Positions 26,866 to 36,477 of a stretch of 64,000 nt of DNA are shown here, piece after piece. Both the position numbers and the translations under genes were made by a program. The notes below the pieces were generated by a model. That model searched no databases and had not been told where the DNA came from. It saw only the letters and a list, made by a program, of their open reading frames with translations. The DNA is from Candidatus Nanoarchaeia archaeon. Lineage in GTDB: Archaea > Nanobdellota > Nanobdellia > Woesearchaeales > UBA583. Within the stretch, counting starts at the first letter, position 1. Every line of letters starts with the position of its first letter. The stretch is from the NCBI GenBank assembly GCA_050292425.1, contig JBNKLP010000001.1, positions 40,075-104,074 of the forward strand, read 5' to 3'.

Positions 26866-27861
26866 TTATTTGCTAATATATGTAATTTGAGGAGCAACTT
26901 TTGGATACCTCTTATTAGGTCTAATACTCTTAACCAAAGTAACCAATTTGTTCTTAGGCCCCTGAATACTTCCCTTGACAAGCATGTACTCGTTCTTAAC
27001 AACTCCGTAATGCTTAAAACCTGCAGCAGGATTGATTTCTCCAACATTATCAGAAATCTTCAAAATCCATTTATTCCACTCAGTTCTCTCATGAAAACCA
27101 TGCTGACCAGGAAGTGGTTGTGTTGTCAAAACTCTTGAAGGAGTCCATGCTCCCACATTACCTGCGTGTCTTCTTGTTTTCTCTGACTTGTGAGATGTAA
27201 GCTTAACTCCATATCTCTTAACAGCACCTTGAAAACCCTTACCAATTGTAATTCCGTGTGAATCAACAAGCTCACCAGCATTAACAACCTCGGATGCCTT
27301 AACTTCATGTCCTAGCTTTGAGTGAGCAAACTTAATTGCCTCTTCAATTGAACCACAAACACCAAGCTCCAGAATCTCTGGCTTCTTCTTTCCGATACCT
27401 GTAGCAGAAGGAGTTGTAACAATCTTAACTCTAACCTGTTCTACATCATTCTCTGTTGCAAACTTAACCAAATCTTCAGCAGATTCAGTCTTTGATGCCT
27501 TTTTAGCAACATCAACCTTTCTTGAAAGGTGCTTGTCCTTAAGAGCAACAGTAACTTCCTTTGCAACCTGAAGATTTCCATACTCATCCTCAGCTAACAG
27601 TCTAACTGACATAACTTTCACAACTGGACACTCCAAAACTGTAACTGGAACATTAATTTCAGTACCTTTTGTAAGTGTGTTTGAAAAGTTATCAATAAGA
27701 CCAATGTTAGTCATTCCAACTTTGTATGCTGGAAAACCTAGGAATCCGACTTCTTTGACATTCTTAGAGCTCCAACTGTTAACAACAGCTGTTGGCTTTG
27801 CAGCTTTAACTCTTGGCCAAAATTGCCTACTTCCTCTTCTTCTTGTACTTGAACTTCCCAT
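26866..27861 (-). CDS. rpl3: 50S ribosomal protein L3 (uL3)
   Basis: It is the first gene of the cluster. Motifs: FPAYKVGMT and TIGKGFQGAVKRYGVKL. Confidence 0.9.
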   Translation of the reverse strand: MGSSSTRRRGSRQFWPRVKAAKPTAVVNSWSSKNVKEVGFLGFPAYKVGMTNIGLIDNFSNTLTKGTEINVPVTVLECPVVKVMSVRLLAEDEYGNLQVAKEVTVALKDKHLSRKVDVAKKASKTESAEDLVKFATENDVEQVRVKIVTTPSATGIGKKKPEILELGVCGSIEEAIKFAHSKLGHEVKASEVVNAGELVDSHGITIGKGFQGAVKRYGVKLTSHKSEKTRRHAGNVGAWTPSRVLTTQPLPGQHGFHERTEWNKWILKISDNVGEINPAAGFKHYGVVKNEYMLVKGSIQGPKNKLVTLVKSIRPNKRYPKVAPQITYISK

Positions 27862-28196
27862 TTTTCAATAGTTTAAGGGATAAAACAACTTTTAGACTCA
27901 GCCATCACTAGAAATAATTTTTACATCACTTCAGTTGCGCGCAATAACTGACATCTTGTGTTTATCGTAATTGCCTGCCGGGTTGTCAACAATGACATTG
28001 CCCTTTGTATTAAGCAGGGTTACTACTTCTGTTTTAGAAATAGTATGATAAAAAGTAATGAATTTCATTTTATAAAGGTTAGCAAACTCTCTCTCAATTA
28101 AAGTTGGATGAAAATAAATTAAAAACAATGAACAAGTAAATCAATAAGTTTAGATTATTTATAGATATTGAAAATGAAAAATTCAAGATTTTTAAT

Positions 28197-28712
28197 TTAT
28201 ACATCTGGATGAAGTACAAAAAAATTAAATTTCTTATTAATGGAATCTGAAACATTTCTCAAAATATTACTAATTTCTTCTGATGCATCTTCAAAACCTA
28301 TTTTTTTCTTAAAAACATCATCAATATTTCCAAAATTAATTCCTTTTCCAATATCAGTCCTACACATTAAAATTGCATATTCTGGGCTTGAAAAAACAGT
28401 TTTAGGCTCTTGATAAATAATAGTTATATAAAAAACTCTTTTTTTAACAAATAAATATTCTTTAATATAAAAAGACAATTCAAACTCTCTTTCTTCAATT
28501 ACATTTTCAATTTCCACTTTTTTTCCATTTTTTGTAAAAAATACTTCTCCGGTTATTTTTTGAAAACTCACATGAGAATTAAAAGTTTGAATAAATTCTT
28601 TTTGAAATTCCTTAAATAACTCAACCATATTTTTCTTATTTTGATTAAATCTGATATTCTTTGGATACTCAGGTTTAAGAATAGAAAATTCAGGATATAT
28701 TTTTTTCTTCAT
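28197..28712 (-). CDS. Hypothetical protein (171 aa)
   Basis: ORF only. Confidence 0.4.
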   Translation of the reverse strand: MKKKIYPEFSILKPEYPKNIRFNQNKKNMVELFKEFQKEFIQTFNSHVSFQKITGEVFFTKNGKKVEIENVIEEREFELSFYIKEYLFVKKRVFYITIIYQEPKTVFSSPEYAILMCRTDIGKGINFGNIDDVFKKKIGFEDASEEISNILRNVSDSINKKFNFFVLHPDV

Positions 28713-28824
28713 AGAAAAACTATAATCTTCATCTAATATAAATTTATCTCATAAAATTTAAATCAATTCCTTATGAATTTTCACTACTCTTTGTCCCTTA
28801 GCAAAATTTAAATAATTTTTACTA

Positions 28825-28847
28825 AGTAGTGTACTTAGTACACTACT
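28825..28847. promoter_or_regulatory. Perfect 23-bp palindrome (AGTAGTGTACT-T-AGTACACTACT) immediately 5' of the ATG of the 1224-aa surface protein gene
   Basis: Read directly from the sequence. A TATA-like TTTAAATAA at 28807-28815 lies about 25 bp upstream of the dyad centre. Confidence 0.4.
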
Positions 28848-31800
28848 ATGAACAAAAAAGCGGAAAATAGGAACAGTATTTTTGCAATAATGATAGTAAT
28901 TAGTATCATATTCATAACCTGTCCTATTTATTCTGCAATACCTTGGGCAGATACAGGAAATCTGTACAGACAAGAAATCAACATTAGTGGAGCCACATTA
29001 GACTTAACAGAATTAACTCATAACTTCTCAATAAACTCCGGAAATGTTGGAGCGAACTTTAACTTCTCATCAGATAGAAATTCTCTGAGATTCTATTATT
29101 ACAATGCCTCAAGTGGAAACAGTACATTAATTTCACACTATGCAAACAGTTGGAATGCAGGATCAAGCACAGCAGAAATAATAATTAAAGTGCCATTCCT
29201 TAACTCAACTCAGAATGCAAGCATTTGGATGTATTATAGAAACTCAACAAAATCAAGTATTGAAGATTACTGTTCTGTATTCATATACTGTGACTTATTT
29301 GATGATGCTAGCATAGACTCAAGACTGACAACAACTGATCAAGATACTGTTGCAGGAACTGCATTTAGTGAAGGTTCTGGAGTCTTAAGTATCACAGCAG
29401 GAGGAGCTGATACTTGGACTGGATCAGACCAATATGGATCAGTCTTTGTTAACGATATAAGTGGAGATGTTGAAGTAGAACTTGCAGTAATGTCAATCAC
29501 AAACACAAACTCTTGGACCAAAGCAGGAATAATGTTCAAAAATGATATGACAGCAGCAGGTTCATCAACTGGATATGTATTCAATATTTGGAGACCAACT
29601 TCTGGATATTCATGGCAAAGAGATAATGATAATAATGGATACTTGGATGCCAGTACCTCTGGAAGTACTACAACTGTTCCAGATTACTTAAGAACTGTTA
29701 AAAGTGGAACTTCATTTAGTGCATACTGGAAATCAACTCCTGGAGCTAGTTGGACATTAACAGGAACAAACACAATATCATCAACCCTTACAACTCAAGA
29801 CATAGGAATATCTCTCACATCTCATGCCGGTTCAACCCTTGCAACTGCAACATATGATAACTTAACTGTTAAAAGATACACAACTGACGCATTCAGCGAA
29901 ACATTTGGATCTGAGGAAAAACTTCCTAACAACATTACAATAAACATAAATAATCCATCAACGTCAACAGTAAACAACATACTCCAAAACACAACAATTA
30001 TCTACAACGCAACAATAACATGCTCAGGAATTGACCCTGCAGGCTGTGGAAATGTTAATGTAGAATTATATAGAAACATAACCTCGGGATTATCGAGTGT
30101 AAGCACAACTCAGACAACTCCAGTATGGACTTCTTCAAGCAACCCTCAAACATGCTCTTCACTAGCCCTTGGTTCATCTTGTACCCTAACTTGGGCAGTT
30201 AATGCAACAGGAACTAAAGACTCATTAATTGAATTAACAGTTATTGCGAATAGTACTAACACCAACATAAGCAATAAAACAAGTGAGATTGCAACAATCA
30301 AAGTAGTAGTAGGAAACACAGTAAGTTTTAACCAAAGTTCTTACTCCTTTGGCCCATTCCTAAAAAACAGTGGAAACAGAACGCAGAACATTAGCATAAT
30401 TGCTGATAACGGTAATAATACAAATATCATTGTAGAATGTGAAAGTGGAGATTGTGGAGCAATAACTGACAACTGGATTGATGGAACAAACTTAAATGAA
30501 GGAAACTCTCAAGAATTCACATTCACCTGTTCAGACAATAATTATGGTTCATATAGTGCAGTATTCAATGTAACTTCTGACGAATATGATGGAAAATCGA
30601 CAATGACACTCAGCTGTCAGGTAGATCCAATATATGGTCCAATTAATGGAACACTTCTAAACCCTCCTGAAGGAGGAACGATTTTGGTAGGTCAGAACAA
30701 AACATTCTCTCTTCAAGCCAGAGTTGATTGTACTGGCCTTTGTGGAAATATAACAGCATATGCTCTTTTGGATAAAAGTGATTGGTTTGATCCTTCATTT
30801 TTATTTAGGCAACCAATAAACATCAGTATCAACAACGCAACTCCAACAAACTATCAAATATTGCTAAACTTAAACTCAAGTAATTTAGGAAGTAACTTTG
30901 ATTGGAGTAATTCATGTAATGATATAAGATTTGCCAACAACTCCAATGAACTTGATTACTGGATTGAAAACTGCAACACATCAGCACAAACTATTAAAGT
31001 ATGGATTGAAACTGACACCGCTATAAGTAGCAGTTCAACATATTCAGTAAATTTATACTATGGAAACTCAGAAGCTACTTCTACAAGCAATGCGTCTGCA
31101 ACATTCAGAAACGATGAAGTTTATTTGATTACTGGAGCTTGTGCAGGTTCTGGAAACTGTGATATGAACAATCATGCTCAAGCAGACACCCTAAGAGTAA
31201 ATATCAACACAACAGGAATGGGAATTTATGGAACAGGATATAGGACAGGAATTAATGATATTGACAACCCTTATGGTTCAAATGATTATTATTTTTCAAG
31301 ATACAGAACATTATTTATTCCTTCAGTAAATGCATCTCATACATTTGGAACCTATACCGATGATGATAGTGAAGTTTCTCTTTTTCCTTATGATGGCTAT
31401 GGAACCGGAATTCAAACAACTCACCCATTTGGAGCTCATGATGTTGTAACAACACAGTATGGAACTTGGCATCAAGGAGGAGCATGTGGTTCAAATGTTG
31501 CTATTGAAGGAACAAGAAGTATGATTGCAGGCACAGGTTATTGGATTGATTTTTTGCATATAGAAGGAGCAGGAGGAGAAGATCAGGTAATGTGTATTGA
31601 TAGAGGATTTGGATTCCAAACATTCACATCAACAAACTTTGCAGGAGAATTTTATGCAAGAAGTTATGTCTGGAATGAACCAACATTATCTGTAGTTGGC
31701 TCAGAAGAAAATTTGGCAATAAGTACAACCTCAGGAATCACTCCTCTATGGACTAGTTCTCCTCAGCCACAATCCTGCATTCCTTCAGAAGATGGATCCT

Positions 31801-32522
31801 GTATATTCACATGGACTGTAAATGCAACAGGAGCAATTAACAGCAGTCACAATGTAAATGTTGTATTCATATCAAACATAAGTGGAATCTCCTTATTCAC
31901 TACAGCAAAAGGCATAGTAAACATCACAAACAATGTTGCTCCTACAGTTACACTAATATCTCCATCAAATAACTCCAAAATAATAAATTCAGGTCAAATC
32001 AATTTTACTTGGTACATAACTGATGATGACATAAACAACACTTGTAACTTATACCTTGATGGGACAATTGAATACTCAGGAATATGTAACACAAATATGA
32101 ATTCATCATATCAAATGTTAGTTCCACACGGATATCATACTTGGTTTGTTGAAGTATTTGATTCAATAAATCAAACAATTAACAGCAGTACATTCTCATT
32201 CACTAACATAATAAACTATAGCTTAAGAATTGAGAAAAAAATTACTAGTGCTAATACAAATCAATACAATATTGAAACTACAATTACAGATTATGTTGCA
32301 AATGAAACTTACAATTACAACTACATTGATTTTGTGCCTTCAGAATTCAATCTTGGTTCAGACACCCCAACTGCAAACTTCTTTAATTTAACTAGTGGAC
32401 CTCAATACTTTGGAAGAACATATGTCTGGAACTTAAACACCAGTATAACTAATGTAACCTACTCACTTGCAGCAATAGGAAATTACAAAATCGAAAATAC
32501 ATATATTCTAGGATTAGAATAA
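28848..32522 (+). CDS. Large secreted/surface glycoprotein (1224 aa) with two YYRN/YYGN-containing DUF2341-like modules and a PA14-like region
   Basis: N-terminal signal/anchor IFAIMIVISIIFITCPIYSA. There are dozens of N-x-S/T sequons and many Cys. The modules are LRFYYYNASSGN...IWMYYRN and IRFANNSNELDYWIEN...VNLYYGN. Confidence 0.6.
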   Translation: MNKKAENRNSIFAIMIVISIIFITCPIYSAIPWADTGNLYRQEINISGATLDLTELTHNFSINSGNVGANFNFSSDRNSLRFYYYNASSGNSTLISHYANSWNAGSSTAEIIIKVPFLNSTQNASIWMYYRNSTKSSIEDYCSVFIYCDLFDDASIDSRLTTTDQDTVAGTAFSEGSGVLSITAGGADTWTGSDQYGSVFVNDISGDVEVELAVMSITNTNSWTKAGIMFKNDMTAAGSSTGYVFNIWRPTSGYSWQRDNDNNGYLDASTSGSTTTVPDYLRTVKSGTSFSAYWKSTPGASWTLTGTNTISSTLTTQDIGISLTSHAGSTLATATYDNLTVKRYTTDAFSETFGSEEKLPNNITININNPSTSTVNNILQNTTIIYNATITCSGIDPAGCGNVNVELYRNITSGLSSVSTTQTTPVWTSSSNPQTCSSLALGSSCTLTWAVNATGTKDSLIELTVIANSTNTNISNKTSEIATIKVVVGNTVSFNQSSYSFGPFLKNSGNRTQNISIIADNGNNTNIIVECESGDCGAITDNWIDGTNLNEGNSQEFTFTCSDNNYGSYSAVFNVTSDEYDGKSTMTLSCQVDPIYGPINGTLLNPPEGGTILVGQNKTFSLQARVDCTGLCGNITAYALLDKSDWFDPSFLFRQPINISINNATPTNYQILLNLNSSNLGSNFDWSNSCNDIRFANNSNELDYWIENCNTSAQTIKVWIETDTAISSSSTYSVNLYYGNSEATSTSNASATFRNDEVYLITGACAGSGNCDMNNHAQADTLRVNINTTGMGIYGTGYRTGINDIDNPYGSNDYYFSRYRTLFIPSVNASHTFGTYTDDDSEVSLFPYDGYGTGIQTTHPFGAHDVVTTQYGTWHQGGACGSNVAIEGTRSMIAGTGYWIDFLHIEGAGGEDQVMCIDRGFGFQTFTSTNFAGEFYARSYVWNEPTLSVVGSEENLAISTTSGITPLWTSSPQPQSCIPSEDGSCIFTWTVNATGAINSSHNVNVVFISNISGISLFTTAKGIVNITNNVAPTVTLISPSNNSKIINSGQINFTWYITDDDINNTCNLYLDGTIEYSGICNTNMNSSYQMLVPHGYHTWFVEVFDSINQTINSSTFSFTNIINYSLRIEKKITSANTNQYNIETTITDYVANETYNYNYIDFVPSEFNLGSDTPTANFFNLTSGPQYFGRTYVWNLNTSITNVTYSLAAIGNYKIENTYILGLE

Positions 32523-32557
32523 AAACAATTAGAACAACATTTATACAAAAATAAAAT

Positions 32558-33010
32558 TTATCTATAATAATTACCAGCCCTATCAAATTGTAACATCCAG
32601 GATCTAGATTTATCTTCACGAATATCCCTAAAACCAACTCTCAAATAATGTATTGGAGGTAAAAAATTTGGATTCGTTTCTAATTGAATCCTTAAACATT
32701 CATTTGATTTAAAATGAGAAATTAATCTATGATGTCCACCATCTATTTGCATTTTCTTATTAGACACCGTAGTTAAAGTAAATGCATTTTCATCTAATTG
32801 ATAAATACTAACTGGAGGAAATATATCTTGAAACTTAATTCCCATTTGCATTGAGGATATTATATCAGCTCCAACTAAATCTTGAAAACAAATAATATTT
32901 AAATCAGGATTTTGTAAATCTATAAATAACTCTCCATTTTCTTCAAATAACATTAAAATCAATAATTCACTTCCATATAAAAAACTTTTTAAAACAAAAG
33001 TAATTAACAT
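32558..33010 (-). CDS. Hypothetical protein with ParB/sulfiredoxin-superfamily-like motif
   Basis: IDGGHHRL resembles the D/GGxHR motif of ParB-N/Srx/DGQHR-type domains. Support is a single motif only. Confidence 0.35.
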   Translation of the reverse strand: MLITFVLKSFLYGSELLILMLFEENGELFIDLQNPDLNIICFQDLVGADIISSMQMGIKFQDIFPPVSIYQLDENAFTLTTVSNKKMQIDGGHHRLISHFKSNECLRIQLETNPNFLPPIHYLRVGFRDIREDKSRSWMLQFDRAGNYYR

Positions 33011-33139
33011 TTACTAGCTAAATACTTTAATCGGCGATGATTCATAGAGGGAGAGCGGGTCAAAAGTAATCAATTAGCACTAAATCGAAAGATTGGTGTA
33101 AGACAAATATTTCTTATAATCCAGTCAAACTCATAAAAA

Positions 33140-33718
33140 ATGGGATATTTAAAATACATTAAGGAAGCTTGGAAACAACCTAGGGCAAACTTAGGGCAAG
33201 AGTACAAGAACAAACTTGTTGCATGGAGAAGAGAAAACTCAATTGAAAGAGTTGAATTTCCAACAAGAATCGATAGAGCAAGAGCTCTAGGTTACAGAGC
33301 AAAGCAAGGATTTGCTATTGCAAGAGTAAGAGTAATCAGAGGAGGAAAGAACAATCCTGCAATTAAGAAAGGAAGAGATGGTGGAAACAAGTCTACAAGA
33401 ATCGCTCAGTCCAAAAACTATCAGTGGATTTGTGAAGAAAGAGCTCAGAAAAGATTCCCTAACATGGAAGTTCTAAACTCATACTGGGTAGGTCAGGATG
33501 AAAAATATTACTGGTACGAAGTAATCATGGTTGACGTATACCACCCCCAGATTATTGCGGATAAAAAAATCAACTGGTTGGTTTCATCCAAACATACAAG
33601 AAGAGCTATGAGAGGAGTTACATCTTCAGCTAGAAAATCAAGAGGACTTAGAAGTAAGGGAATGGGAGCTGAAAAAGTAAGACCATCTCTAAGAGCTAAT
33701 GCGAGGAAATTAAGATAA
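33140..33718 (+). CDS. rpl15e: 50S ribosomal protein L15e (eL15)
   Basis: MGYLKYIKEAWKQP..., and the pattern matches throughout. TATA-like TCTTATAAT lies about 25 nt upstream. Confidence 0.9.
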   Translation: MGYLKYIKEAWKQPRANLGQEYKNKLVAWRRENSIERVEFPTRIDRARALGYRAKQGFAIARVRVIRGGKNNPAIKKGRDGGNKSTRIAQSKNYQWICEERAQKRFPNMEVLNSYWVGQDEKYYWYEVIMVDVYHPQIIADKKINWLVSSKHTRRAMRGVTSSARKSRGLRSKGMGAEKVRPSLRANARKLR

Positions 33719-33719
33719 A

Positions 33720-34091
33720 ATGGCACAATCACAATTCAGATCAAGAACAAAAGTAAGTGGAAAGAAATACATCTCTTTCAGAAAGAAAAGACTCTCAGAC
33801 CTTGGAGGTCTTCCTGCTCTGACTAGCATTGCAGCAAAAAGACTTAAAATTAAAAGAGTTAAGGGTGCAAACCTGAAACAGTCCCTTTTATCTCACGAAG
33901 AAGTTTGTGTAGCTGACAATGGAAAAACTAAGAAGATGAAAATCCTCTCAGTAGTAAACAACCCTGCAAATGTAAACTACACAAGAAGAAACATCATTAC
34001 AAAAGGATGTATTGTTAAAACTGAAAAAGGAGACGTAAGAATCACATCAAGACCTGGACAATCAGGTGTTCTACAAGGAGTTTTCCTATAA
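33720..34091 (+). CDS. rps8e: 30S ribosomal protein S8e (eS8)
   Basis: N-terminal GKKYISFRKKR and C-terminal SRPGQSGVLQGV. It starts 2 nt after rpl15e. Confidence 0.85.
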   Translation: MAQSQFRSRTKVSGKKYISFRKKRLSDLGGLPALTSIAAKRLKIKRVKGANLKQSLLSHEEVCVADNGKTKKMKILSVVNNPANVNYTRRNIITKGCIVKTEKGDVRITSRPGQSGVLQGVFL

Positions 34092-34179
34092 ACAAACTAC
34101 CTTTTAAAATCTTATTTATTCTAAGTTCACTACTAAAACAAGCAAAGATTTATTAAGAAAAAACACAGAAATTAAAATT

Positions 34180-34869
34180 ATGTACATAAATTTTCACGTA
34201 CTTCTATCACTCTCAGAAGATGAAATAAACAAAAATCTGGAACTTCATTTCAACATATTTTTAAAGCAGTTAAATGAAGAAGAAAAACAAATATTCAAAT
34301 TTTACTGTTTGTTTATATCAAGAAACAAAGACAAGATAACAAATGAGGAACATAAACCTACTGATTTTTTAACAATAATAAAAAGCATATTAAATAAAAA
34401 ATTACAAGAAACAAAATCTCAAAAAACAGCAGAAAAATTCAACAAAATAAATCAGTGGTTCTATCAAGGATACACCAAATATTATGAGAATACAGGAATT
34501 GCACATATCTTTTTCTATTTAGCCTCAAAATCTCACATAAACAATAATTTCAAAACATCAATACTTAATTTTTTTGAAAAATACATCCCAACAATAAAAA
34601 CAAATCCTCAATCTCAAATAATCTTAAAATTCTTATTAATAAAATTAATCAAATACAAAAAAAGTCTAGAAAGAAGAGAACTAAACTTAAACCAACTAAA
34701 ACAAATACTTCAAAACAATATTGATCAAGAAATTGAACAAATTATTTCAAGTTCAAGATCAATGGCAGAAACAAGAGAAGAAAGAACCAAAAATATTCAA
34801 CTAAATTATGATTTTTTAATAAATAAAATTATAACATTATATCAAGATTACTTAGAAATTAATAATTAA
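34180..34869 (+). CDS. Hypothetical protein (229 aa)
   Basis: ORF only. Confidence 0.4.
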   Translation: MYINFHVLLSLSEDEINKNLELHFNIFLKQLNEEEKQIFKFYCLFISRNKDKITNEEHKPTDFLTIIKSILNKKLQETKSQKTAEKFNKINQWFYQGYTKYYENTGIAHIFFYLASKSHINNNFKTSILNFFEKYIPTIKTNPQSQIILKFLLIKLIKYKKSLERRELNLNQLKQILQNNIDQEIEQIISSSRSMAETREERTKNIQLNYDFLINKIITLYQDYLEINN

Positions 34870-34872
34870 TTT

Positions 34873-35256
34873 TCAGTTTGAACTAACTGAAAACTCAGGA
34901 TTCTCAATCCTGTAGACACTGTATTCTTCATTAGATGAACTTACAACCATATCATCAACTAAAACTACTCCTTCCTGAACAATGTAAGCTTGCCCATTTG
35001 AAGAAATAGCAACAACTTTTCCATCATTATCAAAATCACCAACAAACCTATCGCTAACAATAGCTCTGTTCTGTGCAACCTCTTTCTCTCCAACTACTTC
35101 AACATAAGAATATGAAGAAGAACTCTTCTCTCCTGACAAATCTTCATTATCAACATTTCCTAAAAGTTCGCAATTAGCTCCCCCATAATAATAAAGTCCT
35201 GCCATTGCAGCTACAACAACTACAAGTAAAAATAGTAATGTTCCTACTCTTGCCAT
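34873..35256 (-). CDS. Small secreted or membrane-anchored hypothetical protein; start moved to the in-frame ATG (MARVG...)
   Basis: N-terminal hydrophobic segment LLFLLVVVVAAMAGLYY. The track start at 35271 is a TTG codon, and the ATG is at 35256. Confidence 0.4.
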   Translation of the reverse strand: MARVGTLLFLLVVVVAAMAGLYYYGGANCELLGNVDNEDLSGEKSSSSYSYVEVVGEKEVAQNRAIVSDRFVGDFDNDGKVVAISSNGQAYIVQEGVVLVDDMVVSSSNEEYSVYRIENPEFSVSSN

Positions 35257-35352
35257 TTGTAACAATATCAAAGTGAACTTAACTTATAAATCTTTTCATT
35301 TGTTCTCACTCAAAAAAGACAAATTTATAAACTTCTAAAAAATAATGTATCT

Positions 35353-35601
35353 ATGACTGATAATAAATGGAGAAAAGAACTCGACATCTTAATTGATAAA
35401 AACATATCAGAACTCCTAAAAGAAACAAAAGAATATGACTATGCAATTTCAAAGGCAAAAAACAAATCCAAGGCTCAGATGTGGATAGCTCTTGGAATCA
35501 TAAACCACAAATTAAACCTTATTCTAAATGAAAAAGAATACAAAAAAAAGCTAAAAAAAGAAGAAGTTGAAGATATTCTAAACAAACTTGAGAAATTGTA
35601 A
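35353..35601 (+). CDS. Small hypothetical protein (82 aa), 3' end overlaps the downstream nucleotidyltransferase gene
   Basis: ORF. The 14-nt overlap with the next gene suggests translational coupling. Confidence 0.4.
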   Translation: MTDNKWRKELDILIDKNISELLKETKEYDYAISKAKNKSKAQMWIALGIINHKLNLILNEKEYKKKLKKEEVEDILNKLEKL

Positions 35602-36436
35602 AATGTTATCAATTGATGATTATGAACAAGGTAAAATTCCATCTTTAGAAGACTTTGAAATTGTTTCAGAGTTATTTCAAAAATATTTTCAAACCTATCC
35701 AAATAGATTAATTTCTCTTGCACTATATGGTTCATTTATTGGAAATAATCACTCTCACTCAAGTGATTTAGATTGTTTTTACATCCCTCAAAATCCTCAA
35801 GATTTAATCGCATTTGGAAACTTAATTAGAAAGATATTCAATGAATATTATATTGACGTCGAAGCAAATCCACTTAACCCTGAACTTTCTAAAATGGGAC
35901 ACCATACAATTATTCCTTGTTTTAATCAGCATATCAATATTGCAATGAACTCTAAACATAAAATGATTCTTGGAGAAAATCCCCTTAATTATATAGGAGA
36001 TTTGTCAATAAAAGATATTTCAGATGTTAAAAATAGCGCTAAACATGGACTTGTATTCAGAACATGGCAACTTGCTAAAAAATCATTTTGGAAAACTTTA
36101 GAACAAAAAGGAGGACTATTAGAAACCATTCTTGAAAGCCCATATCATGTTGCTAGATTATCCCTTCAATATCATAACCCAACATTATTTGAACAAAAAG
36201 GAATTAAAGACAATAAAAGAAATGTTGTTAAATTATATGAGAATAATGGTGGACAAAATTTTCAATTCTTAAAAAACATATTTGAATTAAGAATGAGATA
36301 TAATCAATTATTAAAAGAAAGAAAAGAAAAAGGAATAACAAATAAAACTGAGTATATTCAATTATTGAATGATGTTGAAAATCAATTTCTACCATTTTAC
36401 GAATTTTGCAGAACTAACCTTAGAACTATGCAATAA
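35588..36436 (+). CDS. Pol-beta-superfamily nucleotidyltransferase with C-terminal helical, possibly HEPN-like domain (KNTase-like architecture)
   Basis: hG[GS]x10DhD motif LYGSFIGNNHSHSSDLDCFYIP, then YYIDVEANP with a third acidic residue. The C-terminal region contains R-x5-H (ARLSLQYH). Confidence 0.6.
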   Translation: MRNCKMLSIDDYEQGKIPSLEDFEIVSELFQKYFQTYPNRLISLALYGSFIGNNHSHSSDLDCFYIPQNPQDLIAFGNLIRKIFNEYYIDVEANPLNPELSKMGHHTIIPCFNQHINIAMNSKHKMILGENPLNYIGDLSIKDISDVKNSAKHGLVFRTWQLAKKSFWKTLEQKGGLLETILESPYHVARLSLQYHNPTLFEQKGIKDNKRNVVKLYENNGGQNFQFLKNIFELRMRYNQLLKERKEKGITNKTEYIQLLNDVENQFLPFYEFCRTNLRTMQ

Positions 36437-36477
36437 TTAAACACAACCTTTATTAACACACATTTCAACCTATTTCT

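Noticed and set aside
27931-28128. A 65-aa minus ORF in the slightly GC-richer leader upstream of rpl3
   Set aside because: It has no motif and lies where the rpl3 operon promoter or leader is expected. It could be a small protein or a structured leader, but the evidence for either is insufficient.
28758-28973. A 71-aa minus ORF spanning the palindrome and the start of the 1224-aa gene
   Set aside because: It overlaps the signal-peptide-coding start of the large gene and the promoter palindrome, so it is most likely spurious.
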